NCBI GenBank assembly: GCA_012295275.1
Contig: CM022667.1
Location: 18,600,001-18,664,000 of the forward strand
Direction of reading: 5' to 3'
DNA from: Chrysomallon squamiferum
Taxonomy: Eukaryota > Animalia > Mollusca
Length of the DNA: 64,000 nucleotides
A program made the position numbers and the translations under genes. A model generated the notes under the pieces. That model made no database searches, was not told where the DNA came from, and saw only the letters and a list, made by a program, of their open reading frames with translations. Below, in pieces: positions 1-23,428 of this stretch; positions within the stretch are counted from its first letter, which is position 1; each line of letters starts with the position of its first letter.

Positions 1-656
1 AAATCTTTTTTCTTAACAATACAGCTGCATACTGTCTTACCTAGAAACATTTATAACAATAACAAACCGAAAGAAAAAACGAATATCTTAAATTTAAAAT
101 ATTTTCTGAGGAAAATCAGTTTCTATAAGATCTCTTGAAAAATATTTATTAAATCTGAAGTGAGGTATTCATAATTTTAAATAATTTAATTAAATATAAT
201 CATTTTAAAATTTTCAGTTTTTTCACTGAAAGTATTAAATGAATTATTCAATATGTCACTAATTACATCTAAAAAATAACAACCTGTGGAGCCTGTGATC
301 CTGCTAGAATCTGACACAAAGCTGGCAAAGCATCTGGCTTCTTAAAGAATTCCTTTAATTGTTCTGTTGCCTGCAAAATCAATAATTGGGTAAGGTGAAA
401 AATTATAAATGTTCAAAATTTTTTACAATGAAAGGCAGTGCTGTTTCCTGTCAATAGGCAAGTGTCCCAAAAAATTCCATTTATGCAAACCAATAACAGT
501 AGTTGATGATAATGGGTTTTATTTGTATGTCATAATTATTTATGTACAAACACACCTTGAAATTTCAGTGAAATCCTCAAAATCAAGTTACTTTCTTTTG
601 GTTTATTCTTTTGTTTATTCCAGTAACTGAAAACTTAATTCAGTAAAAGCTCTGTC

Positions 657-698
<42 letters not shown>

Positions 699-2135
699 TG
701 TGTGCATGTGAATGTGTGCGTGCAGGCATTCCTGAGGATATGCAAATAACTTGATAAAATAAAATACAGAATAGTCATTGCTAAAAATAATTGTTAGAGT
801 ACAAATACCATTACAATAATGATGACATTCCAGAATTTTTATTTACAAAAGCAAACAAAAATTTAAAAAAAATATGTGAAATTTTTTCTTTTAAACTTTT
901 AATATCATATTACTTGTTCACTGATGTGACAAAAATTTGTCTTTGTCACAATGGGAGATCTCCCAACTTTTGTGATGCATGTATGCTTTCCTTGAAGATA
1001 TTTCCCTCATTCTCATTTCTGTTTCATCATTTTTTTTATATTTTGAAAAACAAAATATATCATGACATAGCATACATATTCTGCTTCATCTTTGTATTTG
1101 TTTCTTGCAAGCTTTGATAAACAAGGGAGAATAAACAGACAAATTTAGTTTCAAAATGATTGCCTTGTGACCAAGATAAGCTTAGGATTTTAAATCATAC
1201 ACAAATTACAAACTATGCATTACTATCATAGTCTGCCAAATTTCATACAAACAGGCACTTAATTTTGGATACCAAAATGTGAAGTGTCCTCAGTTAATGA
1301 CTTGACCATAGTGATAACTATTGCTGCCAGCATCTGAAAAGTTCAATGTTTAGTTTATTTTGTTTGATTTCGTAACTATGTGGACTAATTTCAGTTTTAG
1401 ATAATATTTTCTTTTTGACAAAGTTGTTGATTACTAAGAGAGATCTTAGCAAGTTATGAATTTTTGGATATCTATGTAATGAAGTCATATGGGAAATTAA
1501 TGCTAATTAGTATTATCAAAATGTAAATTCAACAATTCATCTGTCATATAAAATGATATTTTTGTATACTGGTGTAATTTCTATGGAGTTTTTTTTAAAT
1601 TACATAATTAAGGCATACTGTGAATTTCAGCTAATTTGTGAATTATTTAAATTTCAGCAAATTTTCATATGATAAAAATTCGTAACTTTTTCCATTAATC
1701 AATTTAATGCTATCAACGATATCTTGGTGTCATTTTAATCGGTGATTTTTTTTTTTTTGTCTTTTTGGTGATATATTAAATTTTGTCTGTGTAATTATTT
1801 AACAATAATTTTTTTTAATAATAAAATAAAGTATACCTCTTTCTGGCTATCATTTTATCAATAAGACTCACGGGAGGATGACAATCACTGAATCACAATC
1901 GTGACAATATGAATGTCTAAATGTGACGGACACGTGTCTTTTGTTTTGACAATTTAATGACGATTAAGTAATTACCAAATCAAACATCAAGTTCAATTAA
2001 TATATTTTTCTTAATAATTCACTTTTGTCTATTAAGCAAACTAATGTAAGCTATATGTTTAACACTTACTTCTTGTATCGCATTATTATCTGGCTCTAGA
2101 AGCTTAACAAGAATCTGCTCCAAGGGAGCTGCCAT
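1..2135 (-). CDS. IPO4: Importin-4, 5' part (gene continues beyond left edge)
   Basis: Exons 2135-2070, 370-284, 40-<1 with GT/AG boundaries, all phase 0. They splice to MAAPLEQILVKLLEPDNNAIQE-ATEQLKEFFKKPDALPALCQILAGSQAPQ-VRQYAAVLLRKKI, matching the importin-beta N-terminal domain of IPO4 (LEQLL..LL.PD...I..ATEQL...ALPALC..L.....PQIRQFAAVL). Confidence 0.9.
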
Positions 2136-2186
2136 TTTGTCTTCTTTTATCCGACTTCCAACCAAAAGAGTTAATACATAGGCCTA

Positions 2187-2217
<31 letters not shown>

Positions 2218-2308
2218 TTTTTCTGCTGACCATGATTGTCATATCTTGGTTTTTTAATAATAGGGCCTAATATGTAATATTGGCTTTTATTAATTTTATA
2301 TATATATA

Positions 2309-2359
2309 TGAAAAGTCCTCTCGTTTTATATATATATATTAAGACGAGAGGACTTTTCA
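2309..2359. repeat. Inverted repeat with (TA)n loop
   Basis: TGAAAAGTCCTCTCGT (2309-2324) is the exact reverse complement of ACGAGAGGACTTTTCA (2344-2359); the spacer is TA-rich. Confidence 0.9.
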
Positions 2360-3171
2360 GTTCATCAAAATTTGTATACGTTAGTATTATAATCAAACTT
2401 CGTCCCATCACAAATTGGTAACCCGGTATGAAATGAATTAATCCACTAATTACTCTATCCAAAACAAAAGAACAAGATGTATAAAGACTTATTTTTTAAT
2501 TTATAAACTCTAAGTTAAAGAAAAACGAATTAAAGTTCTTTTCAGAATTCAAAGAATAATCAGTTGTTAATTGTTCAATCTATAACGAAGTTCCAAGTTG
2601 GTTTATCAGAGTTCGGGAATTATCTTATTCTGTCATTTTTATCTCAGCGTTATTACAGACCCCAGAGTGTTTATCGCAGATTGGGGATTTCCCGGACATA
2701 ACAAACGAACGATCTTTCATAAGATCTCAGCATGAATAAACGAAACGACTTCTCGTCGGACTTTGACGCCGCTACATTCTTCGACATCTCGTCAGACGTT
2801 TCGTTTAACGATGCTCCGTTCTACGACTTATCGTCAGACTTTATAACGAACGACTTTTCATCGGAATGTAGTTTGACGATGCTCCGTTCTATGAAGAATT
2901 ATATTTGAGAAGAAACGAAACGGAAACTGTTTAATGGTGTCCACGGCGTTGTGAGGAGAAAAAGGCCTGTTCTCCTCCTTTAAGTATTAAGAACGTTGTC
3001 TTTTTATAATTAACTGACAACTGGTTTACTACAAGGAACTAAGACATGCCTTCAAAAGTTATTGATAAAAACAAAACAAAACAAAAATTTATATATATAT
3101 ATACAAATTAGTTTTCATGAAAATAAAAGCTTGTTTTCAAAAATTGATGTCATTAAACCAGTTGGTATCTA

Positions 3172-3215
<44 letters not shown>

Positions 3216-3952
3216 ACTGTTGGATAATTTTATTCACTTTAAGGTACATGAAAAATATGGTTCATTTGACTATTGAAAATGATACATGTTATTTATATAT
3301 GTTATACGAACGGTAGTAACACTAACAACAAAATAATAAATAAATAAAAATAAAATAAAACAATATAAAATAATAATAATAATAAATAATTAAATAAATA
3401 AAATAAACGAATGAACAAATGAATGAATGAATAAATAAAGAAATAAAAAGAAAGAGAGAGAAAAAGATTATTGAATTATTTATTTATTAAAGATGGATAA
3501 TATACTTTTACTTTCTTTTTTTTTGTTTTTTTCTAGTACTTAAATTTTGTTATTAACTGTCTACTCCGTTTCTTTTTAATTTTATATAGAAATCTTGAAG
3601 GCATGTCTAAAAGGATTATTTTTATATTTTGATACCATCAATCATGTCTATAAATAAACATAATAAAATAAAATAAAACAAGAAAAGAAAAATTAATCTC
3701 TTTTTAACAACGTTTAAACATTAAGAAAATATTTATATATCATTATTTATTTATTTATTTATTATGCGACTAAACATTTTTCTTTCTTTCTTTTTTAAAG
3801 GTTTTATAAATCTTACGTATTGTTTTTGAATTTCTTATAAAATACATACATACATACGTGTATTTATATTCCCCAATTGATAAATATTTTATTTAAATCT
3901 AATCCGATTATTAAATAATCACAAATGAATGAGAAAGAAAGAAAGAATGAAA

Positions 3953-3954
<2 letters not shown>

Positions 3955-4008
<54 letters not shown>
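3955..4008. repeat. (TAA)n microsatellite just upstream of the NAPG start; representative of many (TAA/TTA)n and (TG/CA)n tracts
   Basis: Directly visible. Similar tracts at ~661-694, 3175-3212, 4542-4595, 23132-23197, 35893-35933, 37677-37731, 38620-38700, 40488-40529, 62916-62970 and 63669-63718. Confidence 0.95.
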
Positions 4009-4065
4009 TAAATCCGTTTTCGTGAAGTATCTCGATTTTTGGAAAGAAAATGCAGACGAGCAAAA

Positions 4066-4539
4066 ATGGCGTCAAGTGTACGCGGAAACGAACATAATTT
4101 TGTAGATAAGAAATTATGTGAAGGATTAGAACATCTCAGATTGGCCGAAAAATGGTAAAAATAAAAAATAAAATTTACTCTAGAAGAATAATAACTAAAC
4201 CTGGATAAAATTATACATTCATAAAATATATCTCGAATATTACTAAAAAAATAATTTTAAAATTCAATGCTTCAGAAGTTCAGTCTGTTTTAACACAAAG
4301 ACAAACCATTTTAAAATGCAAATATCACTAATTTTAACACAATAATTTTTGTAAGAAATATCAATAAAGTACCAGAAAATCTAAAAATTAAAATTGACAA
4401 AATATATTTAAAAAATAAAAGATAGGTGTATGTGTCTGTGTTTCATTATGATTTACACTAAAAGGTAATTTCATGTTGCAGAGCCAACCCAAAACACTCA
4501 CGTTTGGTGGAATAAAATTTATTTCGATTTATTTTTTCA

Positions 4540-4597
<58 letters not shown>

Positions 4598-5092
4598 CAG
4601 ATTTTAAATAATTATATTTTATAATTAATTAGCGATAGTCCACACAAAATGCAGAGCTGTATTGGTAATCAGAATATAAAGTATTTTTCACTTTTTCTTT
4701 AACGTTTTAGTATGAAGACATCACTATTTAAATGGAAACCTGATACTGATGGTGCTTGTGACGAATATCAGCAGGCAGGTAAGACCACAGCATATCTTTA
4801 CTTCTATTATGTAATAACATTCATTCACTGCAAAAGAAATGAAAATATATGACTAATAACAAAACAGTAAGAAAAGCAAAGAGGTTAGTATTTTTCACCA
4901 AAAGATTTTGTATGTCAATTTGTACACAGAAATGTTAAAAATAATTTTATTAGCCTGATTTGTAATTAATTATTCGTTTTCCCTCTTGTATTTAAAACAT
5001 TAATAACTTTGTTTAATCAGTGATCATATGTTACTGTTAGTTATTAATTTTTAATTCAGTTACTTATTTATTTATTTATTATTATTTTATTT

Positions 5093-5131
<39 letters not shown>

Positions 5132-8100
5132 GCAAATGAAAGGAAAACTCATCTATGAAACTTGTATTATATATTACCATTCTATTTCATTATCAGAAAA
5201 AACATACATCATAGATATATAGAACAATCTTTTGGATGAATAGCAATATTATTTTACTGTTTGTACTAATGCTTCATATATCTGTGTATAAATAACATTT
5301 TACTAATGATCTTCTAATTTATTCTGGAACTGTATTAAGTATTTTCAAAAACATGAATAATTGGGGTTCTTTTTTATCCATTTTAAAAAGTATATTTAAC
5401 CTGAATTTGGAGACAGTAATTGCTTTGACTCTTATTGAATGACAGGATTGACATTTCTCTTTCATATGGTACAAGGAGAGCATTCATAACAGTTGCAATG
5501 CTTATATCATCATTAACAATTATTTCTCTAAAATAAATTTATATAATTTTGTTAGTTTTGAAAAAATATACACATCTTTTTCAGCAAATTCATTTAAAAA
5601 TGCAAAAGCTTTTGATGAAGCCAAAGAGACTCTTCTTAAACTTGCAGCTCTACAGATGGAAAACTCGTATCCATAAAAACTGTTTTATTATCTTTATACA
5701 TTTTTTTTATTTTTCTGTATTTATTATATCAAATATATAAAAAAAGAAAAGAAAAAAAAAGAAAGAGGTTTTTAATATAATCTATTTTTGAACGTTGACC
5801 TTAACTTTTATTCAGACCATTTCATGCAGCCAAGTAAGTATTTTAAATACCTATAATTTCTGAATAATGCACTTTATTGCAATACATATTTATTGTTACA
5901 ACAGGCAAACTGTAAATTTAATCAAAATGTATGCATACAAGGAAAAAATCTTTTTAAAAATATGTTTTTAATCTGTTAGAAAATCTACTTAAGATTCAGT
6001 GTTTATGTAAAATTTAGATTTTGCTGTTCATTATGGTTTCTTTTTTTTTCTTTTTTTAATTAATAAAGAATAAAACTCAGCTGTCACTCCTGTTGTATAA
6101 GAATTCATAGAAGAAAATTCTTCTGTTATTACTTAACCAATAAAAAATGTACATAGGGTTGTTACAAATTATTTTCAGATCATATGAACAGGCAGGTTTG
6201 CTGTTGAAGGAATCAAAGCAATATGATGAAGCTGTGTACCTTTTGGAAAAAGCAGCTCGGATATTTCAAGAGGATGGAACACCAGACTCAGCTTCACTTA
6301 CACTGGAAAAAGCAGCTAAGTATGTAAACAATTACATCTGGTTGTTGCTCAGTCTTTCTTACCCAAGGAGTAGTTAGGTCACAAACTCAGTCCTCCACAT
6401 TAGAGAAATAAGTTTGCTTTGTGTCACTTCCTGTTTCATATGTAATTGATCTAACTTTTCTGTCTGATGCAAAAAAACAAACAAAGTACAAACAAACAAA
6501 AAATAATAATTATAACAAATATTTTATTCAGTATTAAATTTTTTGTATTTTATCTTAACTTAATACTGTTTATTCCAAAATGTTCCTTAATATTTAGTAA
6601 TTTTATTGATAAATTGTTTCTCAAGATGCATTTGAAGTTATTGATATTTTTATAGAATGGTGGAAACTGAATTTCCAGAAAAAGCTAGTCAACTCTACAT
6701 CAAAGCATGTGATGTTGCAGAGGTGAAAAGTTAATAATTATTTATTATTATAGTTTCTAGTTATTTTTAATGTGTGGTTTAAGTTATTTTGAATCAATAA
6801 TCCAAAACAATTTTACTTCAAAGTTACAATAGATATTCATATTACATTTACTTAAAAACTTTTTTTTAGGTATGAATGTCCTATTTAATATTTTATAAAT
6901 AGGACAGTATAGCCAGCCTGAGTAATAACAGTTTACAAGTTTACAAGTAGAATAAAGACTATTTTCAAAAATAAAAGATGACATCAGCTGATGGTTATTT
7001 TTGACGTGGGTTTTTAGTTGGAGAGGTCTTGATTTATTAATCATTTATTCTTAAACTATTTATCTACTATTTTATTTTATTTTATTTTATTTCTTTTTAT
7101 TTCTTTATTTATTTCAATGAATATTATTTTCAGTTCAAAAAAAAAAAATTAATTATTGATTTTAAATTTTAAAAATTTGAAAATAAAAAATAATAAATAT
7201 AAATAAAATCAATAAAATATGTATAAGATGAATTTTAGATTGAAAACCTAAGCACACTTTTATTATTTTATATCAGTTTGTGTGGGTTGGGTGTGTGTGC
7301 TATATAGGGATAAAAAAAATGTTTTCAAACAAGCATTAAATATGGCAAAAGAACTAATAAATATAATAATTTGTACTAATTATTTTCTTGACTAAGATTG
7401 AAGATAAACCAAGAAAGTGTGCAGAATACATAGGGAAAGCAGCTAGACTTTTGACTAGAATCAGGCGGTAAATATATAAATTATTTTGTACCATCTTTCT
7501 TTCCATGATATCTGTTAAAACAATGGCTTGTTTTGATATGATAATTTAATTTTACTAAATTAATTAAATACAGTCAGAAGAATAAATTAAATTTTAAAAA
7601 ATATTGCCTTTTACAAATTAAGCTAAATATATATAATAAAATGAATTTAAAGTGAGTGGTTTTTATTTGCTTTTGTTATTAAAACACAGTATCTGTTAAA
7701 ACTATTTTATCAAATGTATTGTTTCGATGAGGTTATTTCAATAAAAAAAATCAATAAATAATTTAACCTTAATACTATTGTCAATAGATAAACTCTATTA
7801 TATAACAGATATTACTTTGTATATGATTTATTTTTGTTATAAATATTTACCATTCATGTTACTCTGTGAGCATTTAAAATTTATTAGTTAAAAAAACATA
7901 TAAATTTACATTTATCACCTTTTAATTTTAAAAAAAACCCCATTCTGTATAATATTTAATGTGTATAGATCAGATATCATTTTTTGTATGAACCTGACCA
8001 GAAGATAAGGAAATGTTATGTCAGGAAAATCTTAATTATGTTTTTGACAGATATGATGAAGCTGCTGAATTATATAAGAAAGAAATTGACTATCATGTGC

Positions 8101-9133
8101 AGGGAGAAAATATAGAATTGCTAAACAAAGTTATTTTAGGTCTTGTTCTAGTTCATCTTCATAGAGAGGACTATGTTGCAGCAGAAAATGTGTTCACATC
8201 AAGCTTGTCGTAAGTGTTTCCTAAGTTATATTGCTAAAGCTTTACTGTGGTTTCAAAACAGAAAATTATATAATAGATATCATTTTTCAAAAAAACATTT
8301 AATAAGATTAGATAAGATGTGTTCCATATTAACTAGATTTCCATAAAATGTCTTGTTAGAGTATTATTGAAAATAATAATATGAAAATGATATTACATCT
8401 TACTGATCATGTCTTTGTAAGATGTAAAAAAAGAAAAACATTTTTATTTTTTTGACCTTGTTTCTCTTATTCTAACTTTTAGTAACGCCTAACAGACATA
8501 TAGATTTTATTAATGTTAAATAATTAATATTTATATTAAAATTTCTCAGACATCCACATTTTGGAGCCAGTGAAGAAGCAGAGGCCATAGAAAATCTTTT
8601 GAAAGCATATGATGAAGGGGATGAAGATTCTGCAAGAGAAATTTTGTCTTTGCCACTTATCAAATATATGGATAATGCTGTAAATTTGTTTTTCTTAATA
8701 TCTTGTTTTGCTTCACAAAGAAAATACACATAAATGTGCAGATACACACAGTAAATGTTTAGAAAGAAAAGTATAATTTTATAAACAAAAATTAAATTAT
8801 TTGTTGTGCGCAAAATACAGAATGTAAGTTTTTCAGCACATGTGAGATCCATTTTTGAAAAATAAAAGAGGAAAAGGTCTATTATGTGAAATGCATTCAC
8901 AGTAGAACAGTGATACGTTGTTAAACAGCAGTAAGAAAATTATACAAGTTTTAGAATCAGGTAGAAATCTAATTGGTGATTTGATGTATACTGGGGTTTA
9001 TTTCCAGTTTGCACGGATGGCAAGAGATCTGGTTATTCCAGGAGCAGTCTCATCATCCAAAACAGATGCCAATAAAGATGAACCTGGTTTACAGAAGGAT
9101 GAAGAAGATGAATTCCAAGATGGACTGCTATAA
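4066..9133 (+). CDS. NAPG: Gamma-soluble NSF attachment protein (gamma-SNAP), complete, 10 exons
   Basis: Exons 4066-4154, 4711-4778, 5585-5666, 5816-5833, 6179-6319, 6656-6722, 7397-7467, 8051-8209, 8550-8679, 9008-9133 join in frame. Motifs EGLEHLRLAEK, KTSLFKWKPD, FHAAKSYEQAG, GTPDSASLTLEKAAK, VLVHLHREDYVAAE, KYMDN and acidic tail EEDEFQDGLL are diagnostic of NAPG. Confidence 0.96.
5667..5815 (+). other. U12-type (minor spliceosome) GT-AG intron of NAPG
   Basis: Donor GTATCCAT (U12 consensus GTATCCTT). Branch point CCTTAAC at 5799-5805, 10 nt upstream of the 3' splice site. The reading frame requires this junction. Confidence 0.8.
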
Positions 9134-10971
9134 AATTTGTTATTACCAAACATTTATAAAGATTTTAATTAAAACTACACATACACAAAAGACTGTTTAT
9201 CATAATTAATTAATTGTACATTAAACCATAATTATTGGAAAATATTGTATGTGGATGGTGATGTGATGAAAAAAATCAAATGAATTTGGCAAAAACACAT
9301 AAGCAGAAAAAGAAAAAATTATTCTAAAAGATAAGTGGAAGGAAAATTCAAGGTATTCTGTGCAACACCATGAAACACATTAATTTTGTGATAATTTTAT
9401 TTATCACTGCAGATGAGAAGGATGTATTAGATTTAAAAAAATAATAATGTGCATTAGAGTAAAGAAAACTTTAAAAATGTGCTGATAAGCATAAGTGACG
9501 TGTATTTGTTTTTCTTTTATATATAATTTTTCTTTGTATTTAAAAAATAATAATAATGTATTGGATAAAAAAAAACATGTTAGTTTTGTGTGATTAAAAA
9601 AGAAATGATTATTGTACCTAAATGTTTTGTTATGATTAGAAAAAATAATTACAGTGTAAATAATTTTTTTACTGATCTTTTTGTTGTTCGTATCTTCCCT
9701 TGTTTATCATCACCTTGAATGGATAATCAATTTTATAAAGAAGAATATCTTCTAGAATATTAAGCCTTGGCTATCATTTCTTGTCTGAATTATGGTGCTC
9801 CATTTCATATTTTTTTGTATAATTTTCATATCATCTTCATCTATCTTGTCCAGTTTTTCTTTACGACGTACATAGAATAACTACTTAATTACTTAATACT
9901 GCCCAGTATATGACAGTAACAAGTCCTTGGTTAATAATAAGATCATTCTTACCAAAGTATGTTAATGCAGAAATGGATACGAATGATAAATCAAAACTTA
10001 ATTCTAAGTAATTCTTCATCAAATATCTGGGATATAGGACAGTTCTTGATGTAGTTGGGTTACACATTTTCATCATGAAGAAATGAATATGCATAATTAG
10101 AATGAATATTTTTTACAAATACTGAATAGCTTTGTAGGAGTTTTATTCTAATTTTGTTTTTTTATGTCTGGATATTTATTCATTTTCATTAAAAATATTT
10201 TAGGCAAAAGTATTCAGTTCATTTGATATCTATCTTTTTTTTCTTTTTTTTTACAGATATTACGACTATTCCATTTCACATCTTTTTCTTTATGGTTGCT
10301 TTTATTATATAGATCTCGATTCTTCATTATAAATAATATATCGTGTGGTATTGAAAGCTGAGTTTCTCACTGTTAAAACAAATATCCATTAATAATAATA
10401 TTACTGCTGTAATATGTTAAGATGTTATGAAACTATTGGTGTGACAAAATCTGTAATTTTTAAAACAAAAATTAAAATAAATTTATATTATTCACAAAAA
10501 AAAGCAAAATACTAATAATTTAAAATAAAGTTGAGATAAAAAAAATAAAAACCTAACCTTTATTATTTTAACCACAAACAGATCCATTAAATCTTTTTAT
10601 GTCTTTAAATCAAAGCTTTTTCCACTTCCAGAAGTGCTGCCACAAACTTTTAAAATCTCTATCAAGAAAAGGAACTAGATATCATTCTGAGACAAGTAAT
10701 GTTTAAAATTACTTTTTTATTTAAACTAGATAAAAAAAATTATAAATTATTCCCCATTTGTTGAAATAAAAATATGCATCAGTACTGTCATTGCATTAAT
10801 AAATGTTATTATCCAGGTCAAAAAACAGCTGACACATTCTCCAATAATTTTATTCATTATTATTTATTTATATTTATTTATTTTATTCTTTTATTTTGTT
10901 TTATTCGATTAGATGACTTTATTTTTTTTTTAATGGAGACATTTCTTGGTCATACATGTATTTTATGGTCA

Positions 10972-11901
10972 TAAGAACCAGTATTTTAACTTAGGCTTCC
11001 ACAAAACCTACATGCTATGCATTTTATAAACATAGATTTGTGATGTATGATATTTTTACTGATGTAATTTTACTTGGCTCCTTTAAAGACTATGGAATTT
11101 TCATTTTAATGCAGTTTTCAGAAGAAAAGTTATTCCTGTCTTTTCCAGTTTCCATTTCAATACATTTGATTAGAAGTATAGTATTACTAAATCTTTATGA
11201 CAAAATGCATAATGTTTGCCTAAAAAAAATGTAGTTAGCAGGTAAATGACTAATTTTCTAAGTTGTAAATTATTTATTTTTCAAATGCAGAGAAAGTACG
11301 AAAATTTGGTATTTAGTTATGTTCACACACACACAGATACCAGAATGCATTCCCTGCCTCCCAATTCAACTGATACTGCTAGTTTACAAATATGGCATAT
11401 TTTTATCTTGCATTCTATACTGTCACACTACTTAGCTGAAAAAATTAAATACTTTCAAAAATTTATACAACTTAGCTAGTTGATACATTTATGTAATGAA
11501 TACTTCATTGTCTGTTCTGTCAGTATAATGTGAAAATGAATGTGCCAATTTTTGTACTTCTGTCACTTTGTATATTTTAACTTGTTTCTGTCAATGTGGG
11601 TGTCTAAATCAAAACAAAACTTGTGGTTGCACAGCTTGGCAGTTCCCTTCAACAAACACGTCATGGGGGAGAACCTTGAAACACTGGTGTTGGGAAGCTG
11701 ATATGTTAAGATGCTATTCTCCCTTGTTTTTAATACCGTCATTATGCAATGTAATCTGTGTCATTAATGGCATTAATATAAATATATATAAATAGAACAT
11801 ATCCTGCAACTTATATTAATTGATTGCTTGATTCTCCTGTAACCAATTCTGTTTTCAGTTAAGAACCAGTATTTTAACTTAGGCTTCCACAAAACCTACA
11901 T
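10972..11901. repeat. Perfect 42-bp direct repeat pair (10972-11013 and 11860-11901)
   Basis: TAAGAACCAGTATTTTAACTTAGGCTTCCACAAAACCTACAT occurs identically at both positions. Confidence 0.9.
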
Positions 11902-13502
11902 CATTTAGTTGTTTATTTTCTTACAAAATATATAAATAACTCAAACAACTCATTTATGTGTTCTTTATCTACCATATATTACTCCATCATGATAATAAAT
12001 TTACTAATCCCTGGCATAGTTTTCTATATTATAATAATCACCTTAGGTGCACATGTGATATGTATAATGTCTGATTCACTCAGAAAAATTGCAGCTACTG
12101 CAGTTGATGGAGAATTTCAGAAAATGGGAATCAGGACCCAACAATGCTGCAAATGGGAAGGGGACACTTAATTACTCTGAACACTGGAGTTTTGAAACTG
12201 AACAAATTTGAGTCGAACTGTCCATTCAGATGTAGTTTTTTCTTAACCAACAAAAAAGCATGTCCTTAGTGAAACTGCTATTTCTATAGACCCATAACTT
12301 TGTGGATGGCTAGGTTTCCTATTGATCACTTCACTAATTACACATTTTCTGAAATTACCAGGAATTATACATATTTCCTGTAACACATAATTTTATTCTC
12401 TTGTACCTTATCAATTTTGTCATTTATTTCACAAACCACAAGAAGCATTAAGAAATTAATAGGAGTTAAAACATATAGGTATATATAAAAAGTTTGATGT
12501 CATCTTTGCTGCAACCAAGGATATTATGCTATGTATAAACTAGTTGTGAGAGTTACTTTCCAACTATGCTTTGAAATGAGGCTCATAGCATTCTTTTTTC
12601 TTCTTTCAAATAATAACTGTAAGAGACAGTAATGATGATAACAACAATAACAAGAGCACAACTGGCAGCAAGCAAAATGACCAAAGGAATGGTAGGCAAG
12701 GAAAAGATAATTCATAAGGAATCAATGTTTCAGATGGATACGTCAACACCAGACAAAAATAATAACTGAATATCTCCAGAGAAATAAACTAAACTATTTA
12801 TATCACGAATGGCAGAAAAGTGGACCTTACTGAGTAGTAGCAAATATGCAAAAATAGAAATTCAGCATATGGCAATAACCAAAATAAGCACAAAGATGTA
12901 AATGTTTAGAAATGCATTTAACCCTGAATATATTCGTAATTGTCTGATGTGCCTAGGGTCTTAATACTTCACATGCATACACGTCAACACATTTTTCTTC
13001 TTTTACATTGAATATAGATTTCCATTTTTAAAATGTCTTCAGCTTGTGTTAACTGGCAACAGCTGAGCGCGTGCTGACGATTTCTTTCCACATGTGAATC
13101 GTATGTTTCTGGGAACAGTGCACTTACTTCTGACATGGAGCTTTATAATTACTACACATTGTTTTTCTTGTCAGTAATTGTTACTGCTCATCACATCAGT
13201 GGAAAAGTATTCGAGCTTAGTAGAAGCAATTTCGCACAGGTTCGTAATTTTAAAAATATTATTATTTAAACAAAATATATTAACTTGCATTTTTATTTGA
13301 TTTTTCCTTTAAGAAAAATCTTTACAGCCAGTAAATCCAAGTAGATTTTATATATATATATATATTCAAAAGTTTTATAATTGTTTCACTTTGTCTATCA
13401 TTAGAATCTGTATTGTTATTATTGTTAGTGCAGCTTTTGACATTTATATGCAATAATTTATTTATTATGCTTAGGACTATTTCAAATAATATTAAAAAAA
13501 AT

Positions 13503-23428
<9,926 letters not shown>

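Noticed and set aside
791-1117. 108-aa plus-strand ORF in IPO4 intron 1
   Set aside because: Non-ATG start, F/I/K-rich composition typical of random AT-rich frames, no splice or homology support.
1838-1950. CpG-containing block in IPO4 intron 1 as a possible snoRNA or cassette exon
   Set aside because: No convincing C/D or H/ACA box pair with terminal stem, and no frame-preserving exon; would need an Infernal/Rfam scan.
4050-4066. Upstream out-of-frame ATG 16 nt before the NAPG start
   Set aside because: The TSS is unknown and may lie downstream of it, so a uORF cannot be claimed.
8472-8900. 142-aa minus-strand ORF
   Set aside because: Antisense shadow of NAPG exon 9 plus AT-rich intron; no recognisable domain.
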